NCBI RefSeq assembly: GCF_006345805.1
Contig: NC_043012.1
Coordinates: 45,508,001 to 45,572,000, forward strand
Direction of reading: 5' to 3'
DNA from: Octopus sinensis
Lineage: Eukaryota
Length of the DNA stretch: 64,000 nucleotides
The position numbers and the translations under genes are program-made. Below, piece after piece: positions 14,180-26,479 of the stretch (positions are counted from its first letter, which is position 1; every line of letters starts with the position of its first letter). Under the pieces are notes generated by a model. That model saw only the letters and a list, made by a program, of their open reading frames with translations. It ran no database searches and had not been told where the DNA came from.

Positions 14180-14403
14180 ATTTCTTTACTACCCACAAGG
14201 GGCTAAACACAGAGAGGACAAACAAGGACAGACAAACGGATTAAGTCGATTATATCAGTGCGTAACTGGTACTTAATTTATCGACCCCGAAAGGATAACA
14301 GGCAAAGTCGACCTCGGCGGAATTTGAACTCAGAACGTAACGGCAGACAAAATGCCGCTAAGTATTTCGCCCGGCGTGCTAACGTTTCTGCCAGCTCGCC
14401 GCC
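14180..14403 (-). mobile_element. Full-length tRNA-derived SINE (family A)
   Basis: It is the reverse complement of the 32168-32398 copy, from the head ggcggcgagctggcagaaacgtt to the tail gtgggtagtaaagaaat. Confidence 0.92.
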
Positions 14404-15652
14404 TTAATGTTAACGCTAATAATAATAGCTTTTGGGATGCGACAACATCTTATAAACAAACCTTAGAAGCGTCGAATGTGTTTGGCATTTTACAGAAAGT
14501 AAATTTGAAACGCATGTGTGAAAACAGCAGAAAGTTTGGGAACTTTATCTGTATAACATGGTATATATATATACATATGTATACATAAATGCACACACAC
14601 ATACACACACACACACACACACATGAACACACACACATTAAGATATAAAATATAAACACTTTAGGAGGGATTCCACAAAATTTCTTTTAAGTTTAAATTA
14701 ATGGGCTCACAAAAGAGTGCAAAGATTAGATATCATAATTAAGAAGCGAATCCAATGCAAGATACAAGAGCTACTGGTAGGGGAAAATGTTATAACATGG
14801 CGGAATATTAGATTTTTGAGTAATAGAGTGATATTCGAACGTCCATGCAGTGTCAGGAAGTATTTACTTTTGGAATGTGTCCTAATTTGCTTGAGGCCTT
14901 GTTTTCATTAATCAATGACCAACTTCCGATTAATTTGAAACAGTATGCAATTTTTTCAGTAGAATGTATGTCATGCGAATAACATAACCGGAAATTCTGT
15001 GAATATCTCTATAATAAACACATGAGAAATCAATACCCTTATTTCCATGGCCTTGATTCGCTTGCCAATATTTCTTGTATTTCATCCTTCAACGATGTAA
15101 CAATTATAGCTCATATTTGATATAATTAAAGTAATTTTATCAATGCTGTATTTACGTCGCCGGTCGTTGCAAGTATGTGAAGGGTATTTGGCTGTAATAA
15201 TTATGGACTGGAAGTTACAGCACTTTTATTCTGTTTATATTTAGAAAAATCCCTTCGGCGAAAGTTCCATCACACACAAGTACATCCATGTATATCTATG
15301 CACATATACGTACATGTGTGTGCGTGTGTGTGTGTATAAAGACTATACATTCACAAGTAGGCATACATACACACACACACAGGCACTCACATGCGCCCCA
15401 GGGCGTGTGTGTGTATTTTAGTTAACGTGGTTAGTCAAACAAGATTCGATATTTTAATCTTTCTCGTGACACAATGTGAGGACAAACATCATCTTTACTC
15501 TAAATACCACTTTTCAAAACTATTTCATATTACCTCTCGTACTGGCTCCAGAAATTATTTCTCTTCTAGCTCCCTCCTTTTTCTCTGACATAACCATTTC
15601 CTAACCATATTCGTTTTATGTTTTGTTATTTTTAATAACTTAGGTCAACTAA

Positions 15653-16511
15653 TACGAGATAATCTCAAAAAGTGACCGGACTAGTTCTGTAGCGCGCCAA
15701 CAGATGGTAGCATTTGGCTGCGTGAGCATTGGGTGCTTGCAGTGATCTTCATGAGGCAGTATGCTGAGTGACTCTGCTGTGTTATCTTTACAAGTTTTGA
15801 TATTTGTGGTTTTGTGATCACATGTATGCTGTGTTCTGAGATTTTTGTCATGGTCAGGAAGCCGGAACAAAGATCCATCGTAAAATTTTGCGTTAAACTT
15901 GCGAAGTCTGCTTCAGAGACACTGAGCTTGCTTCGGCAAGATTAGAGCGACGTGGTCGAACGCAATGTTTCGATTGGCACGACAGAGTCGCAACTGAATT
16001 AAGAGCATACTCATCGTGTATTTCGACATCGGTGGTATTGTATTTTGAGAATTCATCGCTCAGGGCCAGATCATCAAACGAGAGTGCTGGTTAGACGTCT
16101 TGAAGTATTTGAGGAAGGCTATTCGGAGAAAGCGACCGGATCTGTGGAGAATTGGATTCCTCGTAACGACAATGCACACTGTCACCGAGCTCTACTCACT
16201 CGTATTTTTCTCGCCAAAAACATGCTATCGCTTCCACACTGGCCTCATTCGCCAGATTGAAGACCTGCAGAACTCCATCTCTTCTCCAAGGTCGCCGCTT
16301 TAACACCGTTGTCGAGATCCAGACCGAATGACAGAAGGCCTTTGACACGCTGGAAGATGACTTACAAACCGGATCCCGAAAATGACAGGAATGCTGGGAC
16401 CGGTGTATTGCTGCGCAAGGTAACTATTTCGAAAGAGATGGTGTTAAAACTTAGTTATTTTTTTGTTTATTAAACATATCTACAACGTGAACGCTGAGAT
16501 ACCACCTCGTA
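15653..16511 (+). mobile_element. Mariner-type DNA transposon, internally deleted and degenerate
   Basis: Fragments translate as EQRSIVKFCVKLAKSASETL (N-terminal HTH), ILIVYFDIGGIV, LRKAIRRKRPDLW, HWPHSPD and WDRCIAAQGNYFE. The ends are TA-cgag...atctca (15653) and tgagataccacctcg-TA (16511), as degenerate TIRs. Confidence 0.85.
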
Positions 16512-16781
16512 TTTTGATTGGGTCAACATGTGCGGAACCATTTATAATTTGAACACTTCCTAGTTATGTTATCTTTTGCTCCGATGAGTAATGCTATCGT
16601 TTTTTTTTCTTACCAGTTAATCTAAGTGACCTTACATCCTCAATCGCACCTGCATTATTTTTTCGTATCTTTACCACACGAGTTCTATTTATTACACACA
16701 CACGCACACACACACACACACATACACATATATATACTTTCCCCTTTATATATTTATACATACATATACATATATCGAAAG

Positions 16782-16917
16782 AAAGTTTTGTTAACGCACT
16801 AAAAAGTATTTTGTTTATTGTACGACATTACTTAGCTTGCTTCATGCAACATAATTTACTCGAGCATGGCGTCTTATCGCACGTAATCATTAGATAGTTT
16901 TATTGTTTTCTTGAAAG

Positions 16918-16979
<62 letters not shown>

Positions 16980-17991
16980 CCATGTATTTGAACTCATTTG
17001 TTTTCGTATTTCATGTAGTATACAGTTGGTGACGTCCTGTACCCATATATGCATATGTATACATAATACATACATACATACATAATGCATACATACATAC
17101 ATACATATATATAAATATATATATATACATATTAATATTTCATTGAACACCACGCATCCATTTCCAAGTAAGTTTATCTTACTCTTTTTTATGTGACTCT
17201 ACTCTATACTGTTTTCTTCCTCATATTTTTCTCCCCTTCACTGTTTTCTATCTGTCTTTTTCTCTACTTTTCTCTTTTTCTCTATCTTGTTGCTCACACG
17301 TAACCATTGCCTATCTCTCTTTTCCTCGCGTGATAATCTTTCTTTTCCTTCAGGATTGCCTTAAGGACAGGACGTATTCCACCTCTCTCTTCTATCTTTT
17401 CTCTTTTCAAAGAAGATATTTTCCAGCATTCGCTATTCTGCCTTCTTTCTGGCCTAACGACCCTCCATGTTTGTTTTCGTTCGTTGTATGTTTCCACTGA
17501 CCTGGTTTTGTTCCTATCTTTGACCCCCATAAATCCCAAATTATATTTTCGTACTTATGGGAGCAACTATCCTCGAAGACTCATATTGTCGTTTAATGCT
17601 CGATATAAGGAGTAGATAGACAGCCGAAAACTGATAAAGGGTCGTTCTTTATGTTACTTGTCCTGCTTTCCATTTGTTTCTTTCTTTGTTTACATATTGA
17701 ACTCATTTGTTTTCGTATTTCATGGTTTTTACTGTTGGTGACCTCCTATATCCATATATGCAAATGGATATATATATATATATGTATAGACATATATCTT
17801 AATTATATATATGTATATATATATATATATATATATGTGTATAATATATATATATATATAATATATATATATATATTTACTTTATAGGTTTTGTTGAATT
17901 TTCTGCTGCTTTCAATTAAGCATATTATTCTACTACTGGTATTTGAGTACTCTTTTTTCCACCTTGTTTCACATTTATGTGTTTACTCCGG

Positions 17992-18071
<80 letters not shown>

Positions 18072-18417
18072 TATATAGTTCTATGCGTGTATACATGTTA
18101 ACATTTCTTGTCTATATTGTGATATCTATAAAGCTTTAACCAGCACTATATTCGCAAATGTCAAAACCTTTCTTCGTATACGAAATCTCCTAAGAGCGAG
18201 ATCACTGTTGGTGACGTCATATACCTATATATGCATATATATATATATATATATACATACATTTATTAATTATATATATATGTGTATATATATAATATAT
18301 ATATATACGTATATATATATATATATATAATATATATATACATACATATGTGTGTGTGCATACATATGTCTATATATTTATATATATATATGTATATGAA
18401 TATATATATATATATAT

Positions 18418-18451
<34 letters not shown>

Positions 18452-19002
18452 ATATAGTCATATGCTTGTATACATATGAACAGTTCTTGTCTATATTGCG
18501 ATATCTCTAAAGCTTTCACCAGCACTCTGTTCACAAATGTCAAAACCTTTCTTCGTATACGATATCTCCTAAGAGCGACGTCATCAGTAGCTGAGTGCAT
18601 TTGTAACTCTTTACAAAGTCACACATTATAAACTCAATATTACTAAGGATTAAATACAATTTTGATTGACAGCTTTGCATATATGATGCTTCTTTGATGC
18701 ATAAATTATTAGAACATTAAGAATGTTTTCTTTCAATACTTTTGGACGCAACTAACTTGGCTTAATATCTTTGCAGTTGCTTCTTTTTCTGTCTACATCA
18801 TTCTATATGTGGAATGTTGCCTAAAATCCTGTCTTTATATTCTGTTCTATCGTTTAGCATTGAAACAAAGTTTTGTTAACGCACTAAAAACTATTTTGTT
18901 TATTGTACGGCACTACTTAGCTTCATGGAATATTATTTACTCGAGCATGGCGTCTTATCGCTCATAATCATTAAATAGTTTTATTGATTTTCTTCAAAGG
19001 AA
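16782..19002 (+). repeat. Patchwork of local direct repeats separated by (TA)n
   Basis: Block A lies at 16782-16920 and 18867-19002. Block B lies at ~16988-17053 and ~17697-17765, with a partial copy at ~18204-18240. Block C lies at ~18075-18200 and ~18455-18580. Copies are clearly similar but diverged. Confidence 0.8.
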
Positions 19003-21019
19003 TCTATATCTTTCAAAGTGACTCTTGTAGTTCCCGATACTGATGACAGTCAAATAACTAAAAATGCATTTATCGATTACTAGAGGGCACCCTGAGATGA
19101 CTGTTGGCGTTTTAGCCCTGGTTGCCTAAAGCAAAAATTTTCTCCATGGCCATCCCCCGTGAAATCGGTTTCGTTATAGGTTAAGTATTACATAAACATA
19201 TTTGAACTGATTTAAATGTTTGTTTATGTGACAATTCTGTTTTGCGCTCATACTATGTATATTTTCATCTTTTATACATTTTCCATGACGCCTCACATGG
19301 TGTCCAATACTGATGGGGTGTAAGAGGAAATGCATCCCCACATAGTAAAAATTGCACGGAGCGGAAATTACTCAAAATGCCAGTAGTGTTGTTTAGATAG
19401 GCAGTCAATTAGGTTTATCACCCAATTCGGCTATGCGTGAGTTTGAACTCAGAATGCAGAGACAGTTACTGAAAAGTAACCGGTACGACGTTCTCACAGT
19501 TTTACCAATCTTTCACGTAAGATTACTACTAGTTTTATCGCCCCCTTAAAGGGATCAAATGTAGAAGTGATATCAGGAAGATCTGAACTCAGAAAGTACT
19601 GTTGTACGTACACCCTAGGAGTTTGCTGTCGACAAGTTTAGATGTGTACAAAAATCGCATGAAAATCTCTAGCTAGTACTTTCATCATCTCCCACACCTA
19701 ACTACACTGAATTTATTCAGCCCGCAACATATTTTTTGTGTCCTACTGCTTCTACAGTATAATCTAATTCCTGTATAGCTTTTAAACCTTTCTGTTTGAA
19801 TGTATGGTTGTGTATATCTGTGAATAATTACACATTCATTAAATATTCCCTCGTCCACCAACATGTTTCCCATGACCTTATTAGTTTTCTGGTCACCGAC
19901 CAATATACGTTTTGGGAAAAACAAACAATATATGGAAACAGCCCAGCATTGGTACCTGCATAAATTCAAGCGATCCACTAATGATTTCACTGTTCCTTCA
20001 CTGATACAAATGTTTAAGAGTATTATCATTACAGCTTTTAAATGTATCCGCGATTTCATCGTTTTCTTATGGTTTAGAAAAAATGTATGCGTGTTTGTTA
20101 TATTTTTGACTATTATTTCTTATAGTCCGGCTTCAGTATTGGCGAGTTAGAGCAGTATCATCTGCATACCTTAGATTGGAAACATGCAAGTCATGTATTA
20201 TAATGCTATCCTCTTCCTGTATTCCTTCTCGATTATCCAGTCAATAATTGAGCTAAAAACAATGTATAAGCAATAAGCAAGATCCATAGATGTACGCACC
20301 CATGTGTGTATATTTATGAATATATACGCGTGTGATGTATGTGCATATAAATAGTATTTTCTGCCTAAGAAACGTACAGTATGTGAGGGAGCGAATTCTT
20401 AAGCGTATACATGACACTTATATATACGTAAATATTACAATAACTTTAGAGATAGACATGTATTTTGATGTATTATAGATGACTGTTTATATATCTACAT
20501 ATTTCTCTGTTATCAGGAGGTATGTTGTTATGATAACATCCATATCTAAATAGTGTAACACTTGCAACTGAAACTTCTGCTATTATTAGCTTCCTGATTA
20601 CTCCTCGACAGTGAATATTCATACAAATAAAAACATTAATACAAACAATATGAAATTATAGAAAGGCCAGTTTCTTCTCTATTTTCACCCCTCAGCAATA
20701 CATAATAACTGATTCTTAATAAGATAGTGATAAATAATTTCTTTCATTAACTATTTATGGTGTCTTCAATGAAACCTTACTCTCATCCATTACACGCGAA
20801 ATTGGGTCTGATTTAATTATTTAGTAGTTACAGAGTAGTTTCTAATACGAAACGCAGCCACGCAAATGTACACATGTGCATAAAACACAAACTTCCAATT
20901 CTGCATAAGGATAAGCATACATCGATACAACACAGGCAGAGATTAATACACACACAAATAACATATGTGTGCACATGTGCGAGTGTGTGTATGCATATGC
21001 GTGTGTTTGTATATGTATG

Positions 21020-21135
21020 TGGTAAGAAGCTAGCTTCCCAACCGTATACTTCCAGGTTCAGTCCCATTGCATGGCACCTTGGGCAGGTGTCTTCTACAGT
21101 ACCCTAGGGCCGACCAAAGAAGCCCGTCGTATATA
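21020..21135 (+). mobile_element. SINE head (family B)
   Basis: ggtaagaagctagcttcccaacc...ggttcagtcccattgcatggcaccttgggcaggtgtcttctac...gaagcccgtcgtatata, followed by (TA)n. Confidence 0.75.
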
Positions 21136-21152
21136 AATATCAATATATATAT

Positions 21153-21206
<54 letters not shown>

Positions 21207-21208
<2 letters not shown>

Positions 21209-21715
21209 GCTGAGTAGAAAGTAAACAACGTTTTGAAACATGAAATTCATCTCACTATATTTCTATATTTCAACAATGCTGAAATTTTATTCATCAAAGT
21301 ATGTACGAGTTGGTTTATTCCGGTAACATAAAAGTTTGGAGTTCTGGAGCTGATGAATTCTTTGAATGCCCTTTCAGCAACGGTTTGACTTTTAAACTCT
21401 TTCTCTCGCAGGAAACTATCAAAGTGCTTGAAAAAGTGGTAGTCGATAGGAGAAAGGTCTGGGGGAATAAGCTGAGTGGGGTAGAACGTCGTAGCCAAGT
21501 TCCATCAACATCTGGAGTGTCATTAGTGAAACGTATGGTCGAGCATTGTCATGAAGAATGGTTGGCCCTCTTCTATTGACCAGTCTCGTACGGAGAAATA
21601 ATTTTTCGTTCATGTTGGCAATTTCATGGCAATGTTTCTACAGTAATGGTTTTTCCTGGGTTTAAGATTTTATAGCGGAGGAGTCCAAAGTAAACCACCA
21701 AGCAGTCACCATAAC
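21207..21715 (-). mobile_element. Mariner transposase 3' fragment with terminal region
   Basis: The minus-strand frames give VMVTAWW, GPTILHDNARPYV, LGYDVLPHSAYSP and DLSPIDYHFFKHFDSFL...FYVTGINQLV, which cover the D..D34D catalytic region. The end abuts (TA)n. Confidence 0.9.
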
Positions 21716-21729
21716 TTTCAATATATATT

Positions 21730-23030
21730 TCTTTATCTGTGAATTAAGGCTACCATTGGTTTCATGTTCAGAAAAGTAGAAAATATCCTAGAGTCTTAAC
21801 AATTTTTTTGAGCCGATCACATGAGGAAATATGTTCGCCTCCATTTTGGAAAACTTTCTCACTTTGTTCACGAGATTTCTTGTAAATTTGCCTGAATGAA
21901 ACAATGAATCAAGGGATCAAGGGACATGACTCTAGAGTGGCATCTTTTGGAGTTTGTCTCCTTTGACTTTTCTGTTCGGTAAATATTTTCATGATTAATT
22001 ATTTTCCATTATTAGTCTGTTTATGTTCTGGGCATGGTGTTCTACTGGTATGCTGAAGTAGTACGACATTGGGACATATTTCTTCTTTGCATGAAATTTG
22101 TGTGCTATGTGTGTTCACGTTTAGGAAAGGGGCTATCCTAGTAGCGTTACTCTCGTTTATAGGGGGTCTTCTTTGAAATATTTGAATGTAAAATTTTACT
22201 TGTGTGTAAAGGGAGAGAATGTTTCATCCCTAACGTTTAAGATGTTATCTGTTGATTGTATAATGTTTAATTTTTCAGTAGTACAGTGTTCACATTTGGT
22301 GCCCCGTTCTCTGCATTATTCGACTTTAGCAATAATTTTCCATTCTATCTGGAGATTGCTTATGCTACCATCTTTCAATGTCTATATCATATTTGATAGA
22401 TATGTTGCATGTTTTTGCTTTGGTCTCTGAATGATGTAAGTGGTTTTGTATACCGTTCCTTGAACGTGTTGCCCGTCATTCCGTTATACGTCTTTGCTAT
22501 TCTGTTGGGGGTCTGTGATCTTGGCCTTGTATAAAAATTCTAACAGAAAGACTGTTAAGGTTAGCTATAGTTGCCTCACCAATATAGGGTCAATAATACT
22601 TAATCACAATAAACATAAACACATTAGAAACACCTCAGAAAAACAATGCAACTAGAGATTCACCAAACTGGAGCCCTCTAAACAACAACTGTCTCGAGAA
22701 AGAACTCGTATATAAGGCCAAGTTCACAGTCCTCAAAAGAATAGCAAAGACGTATATCGGAATGACAGGCAACCCATTCAAGGAAAGATATACACAAAAT
22801 CTTGCGTCGTTCAGAGACAAAAAAAAAAAAAACGTGCGACATCCCTATCAAATATGATATGGAGATTGAAAGAAGGTAGAACAAAGCGAGACTATTTTCC
22901 AAAATGGAGGCGAACACCTTTCTCTATGTGATCGGCTTGAAAGTCGTTAAGATACTAGGCTATTTTCCTACTTTTCTTAACATAAAACCACTGGTAGCCA
23001 TGATACTCTTAATTCACAAATAAGGAAATT
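21730..23030. mobile_element. Penelope-like element (PLE): head-to-head inverted pair of 5'-truncated GIY-YIG/3' segments
   Basis: The plus strand 22534-22900 gives YKNSNRKTVKVSYSC...PLNNNCLEKELVYKAK...KTYIGMTGNPFKERY...SLSNMIWRLKE. The minus strand 22533-22170 gives the homologous KTYNGMTGNTFKERY...IEWKIIAK...CEHCTTEKLNII. Segment 21730-21855 (-) matches 22895-23030 (+). Confidence 0.85.
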
Positions 23031-23082
23031 ATATAGCCACCAATGCAGTGTTGCACACTCATTTCATCGCTCAAAATTTGCG

Positions 23083-23114
<32 letters not shown>

Positions 23115-23118
23115 CCGC

Positions 23119-23161
<43 letters not shown>

Positions 23162-23179
23162 ACACACACGCATATGTAT

Positions 23180-23587
23180 ATCAAACCGAGGAAAATCCAT
23201 TTCCTTCAAAGAGTTGTAAAACATCTAATTTTCTCTGGTACTTCAATTAATAGCAAAAAGAAAGGAAAATAATAAATTCGTAAACAATTCACAAATTGAG
23301 AAATTGCGGTGGGGATAGGGAAAATGAAAATAGTGAAAACGTGATTTTTGGACAAAATCTTATTAACTCCCTTTTATTCGATGAACCAAAAGGTTCTGAT
23401 CCTTGTTAACAACAGAAAGCACTTTCATGCAAATCGCACCCTCACCCCTCGCTATTAAACAAACAATAATTTCCATTATTCCATTAACTAAAAATCAGCT
23501 GTGCCGATTCTGCTGATAAGAAAGGAGCAAATTATAGAATGTGCTTGTAGGTCGTAACACCCGGACAACTCCGGGATGCATTGCTAG
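23180..23587 (+). mobile_element. Non-autonomous Helitron-type element (3' end well defined, 5' end approximate)
   Basis: The perfect GC hairpin cccgga-caac-tccggg (23560-23575) is followed 8 nt later by CTAG (23584-23587) and then T, the canonical Helitron 3' terminus. Confidence 0.6.
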
Positions 23588-25380
23588 TATGCTATAAAAC
23601 GATGTAATGTAATATAACAAATAATTGGAACAAATATAGATCCAACAATTTGTTTCAACTCCTATCCGCTAGTGAATTTATAAAATTTTACATTTATGCA
23701 TACGAGTCTCCTAAGGGTGATAATTGTAAAAAACACACAAAAAAAAACAGGAAAAATTCCAAGAAAGGATGCTAAATTATAAAATTGACTGATATAGAAT
23801 ATGCCTACGTTTACAAGCGTGAGCGTTAATAATTCAAAAATATAATAAATACGATAAAACAACAATAAAATTCAGATGGACAAAATAATTAAAGAAAATT
23901 TACATCGGTCATAAAATGTTCCTGTGAATCACCAATAATATTAATCTAAAGATATTTTAATCGAAAATAATTACAGGCCATTATATTATATTATATCTAT
24001 ATAATATGTTAAAAATTTATGGTGGAGTAGGAAATATATTTTACTTAAAATTATTGTATACTATGATGAAAAAATAAATAAATAAGGATATATTTTATTC
24101 ATACACTAAATTCATAAAAAAATTCTTAATCAACGATTCATTCACTCTAAAGTTTCTACTAAATACGCTGATGTTGATCAAATCTGTAAAGTTATGATTA
24201 GTATAAACTATAATATTTCTTACATAATAACGATAGAATTTCACTTCGTTTTACAGAAATAAATAAATTAGAGCAAGCCAATATTTATATTATTCTATAA
24301 ATTTGAATGTGTATACAAGTTTGAAAGAACATATGATGATATATCCTAAATCTTTTAGGGTCAACAAGAAATAATCATATATGCATAATTATTCAAAAAG
24401 ATATACAACTGTATATAATAATTGTTCTAATTTATTTATTCGTACTAATATAAACATTATTATCCTTAGTAAATAAGTAAAAAACACAAAATTTACTTAG
24501 TTTATCAGAGGAAAATACCACCATAAATCCATGATCATATATTTATAGATTGATTGCTTACGGAAAAATAACTGCAGATATGTACTTAGAACAGAAATGC
24601 TTTTGATCACGATAGGGCCTTTTATAAAATTATCCATATGTTATTATTTTTATTAAATTCAATTTATATATTTATAAATTTATGATAATTTAATATAAAG
24701 ATGATAGGATAATTAAAACTTATATCTTAAATTTACCTACGAATATGGTGATATAGTTTACATTTATGACAAATATATTTTATGGTATCTAAAAACAAAT
24801 TTATAAATTAATCCACTGAAATATTACAGATATTTTATCCATTTGAATTTGGTTGTTCTTTCTTTGTAAACGTAGGTATATTTTAAATAAGTCCACTTTA
24901 TAATTTGCAGTCCTTGCGTGGAATTTGTGTCTGTTTTTTGAGTAGATATCACTCTGAGGAGACTCGTATGTATAACTATGTATTTTTATAAATTCACTTG
25001 TGGATATGAGTGGAGACAAATTGTTGGGTTCATATTTGTTTTAATTATTTGTTATATATTATATTATAAGATGTCTCTTTATTATATAAGCTGTGGTTGA
25101 AGTGAATGGCAATTTTATTGAATAAATTTACTCTTATATTTTTATATAATTTTGATAAATATACCAGTTAAAATGAAATGTCAATGTTATTTTCATTTTT
25201 GCGTAATTTAGACGACAGTTTATTCACCAAACCCTGTATATGGATATAATGTGTTATTGAAAACCGTCTCATACGGCCTATGCAGCTTAAAGTTTCTTTC
25301 GCTTCTTCACCCTCATCCATATTTACTGACACTCGTACAAGCACACATGCGCGCGCACACACTGTCACATACGGTGACCG

Positions 25381-25508
25381 GTAAATTCCACCGCGGTAAA
25401 TTCCACCGCGGTAAATTCCACCGCAGTAAATTCCACCACGGTAAATTCCACCAGGTAAATTTCACCATAGTAAATTTCACCATAGTAAATTTCACCTTAG
25501 GTGAAATT
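25381..25508 (+). repeat. 15-bp minisatellite, 8 units, ending in a hairpin
   Basis: Units run gtaaattccaccgcg x2, ...gca, ...acg, a 14-nt unit, gtaaatttcaccata x2 and gtaaatttcacctta. The array closes with the inverted repeat aatttcacc-tta-ggtgaaatt. Confidence 0.9.
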
Positions 25509-25537
25509 ATTATTATTATTATTAGAAGTAGTAGTAT

Positions 25538-25622
<85 letters not shown>

Positions 25623-25661
25623 TGTTGTTGTAGAAGCAGCAACAGCAGCAGCAGCAGCAAC

Positions 25662-25698
<37 letters not shown>

Positions 25699-25720
25699 CC
25701 ACCACCATCACAAACACAAA
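25505..25720. repeat. Compound trinucleotide microsatellite (ATT/AGT/AGC/ACC)
   Basis: Direct inspection; it explains the poly-S/L/V/T pseudo-ORFs. Confidence 0.95.
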
Positions 25721-26109
25721 CAGCAACGGTTTCGCCTCGGCGCAAAGCAAACAAAAGAAATGTTGAATTTAACAACAGATGAAATATAAAATGTAAGCAG
25801 GTTGTTAAGGAAGGAAGGAAACAACGTCTTCTTTAACACCCTTCAGGAATTAATTAAGGAAACCAATAAAAATCTGTGATATATAAAGTTTTAAACGTTA
25901 AGAAGATAAGAGTAGAACGAGCCTCCTAACAACAGTTGGGAATGGTGCTCAAACTAATATGTTTAAGAGATGAGGAATTATCTACATTATTTAGATTAGT
26001 TACATTTGACATATTTGTCCTCATCTTGTTTGTTATTAACACAAAGTTTCGACTTCATCTGGTGTCTTGAGGAAATTTCAAACCTGGGTTCTGATACCTA
26101 AGGTATTTT

Positions 26110-26165
<56 letters not shown>

Positions 26166-26479
26166 GTTGTTGTTGTTGTTGTTGTTGTTGTTATTATTAT
26201 TATTAACACCACCTCCACCAGCACTACCACCTCAAACATCAACGCAGTGCACAACACAAAGAAACTACACAAACACCACCAACCTCACAGCCATCGACAC
26301 CGACAATATACACCTGGTTACATACATTACAGAAAGCACAGATACCAGAACGGAAAACTTTGTCTTTCCAGCAATCAATGTACCACCACCACCACCACCA
26401 CCACCACACATACAAATTTTAAAACTGAAACAAGAAACATACAACACTTTGAAACTTAATTTTCTAAATGATGTTTGCT

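Noticed and set aside
18540-18590. CTGATGA...GAAA on the minus strand as a hammerhead
   Set aside because: There is no purine-pyrimidine closing pair or stem II, and no palindromic stem III or NUH site.
19685-20150. Overlapping 124-aa and 95-aa ORFs of ordinary composition
   Set aside because: I recognised no motif or splice context; the lengths are compatible with chance.
23620-25200. Extremely AT-rich block as a special element
   Set aside because: It shows no internal structure beyond base composition, which is common in this genome.
25381-25499. CRISPR-like array
   Set aside because: The 15-bp units are contiguous with no unique spacers, and the context is eukaryotic.
25251-25782. Poly-Ser/Leu/Val/Thr ORFs and the GKFHR repeat peptide
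   Set aside because: They derive from the 15-bp minisatellite and trinucleotide repeats; there is no coding evidence.
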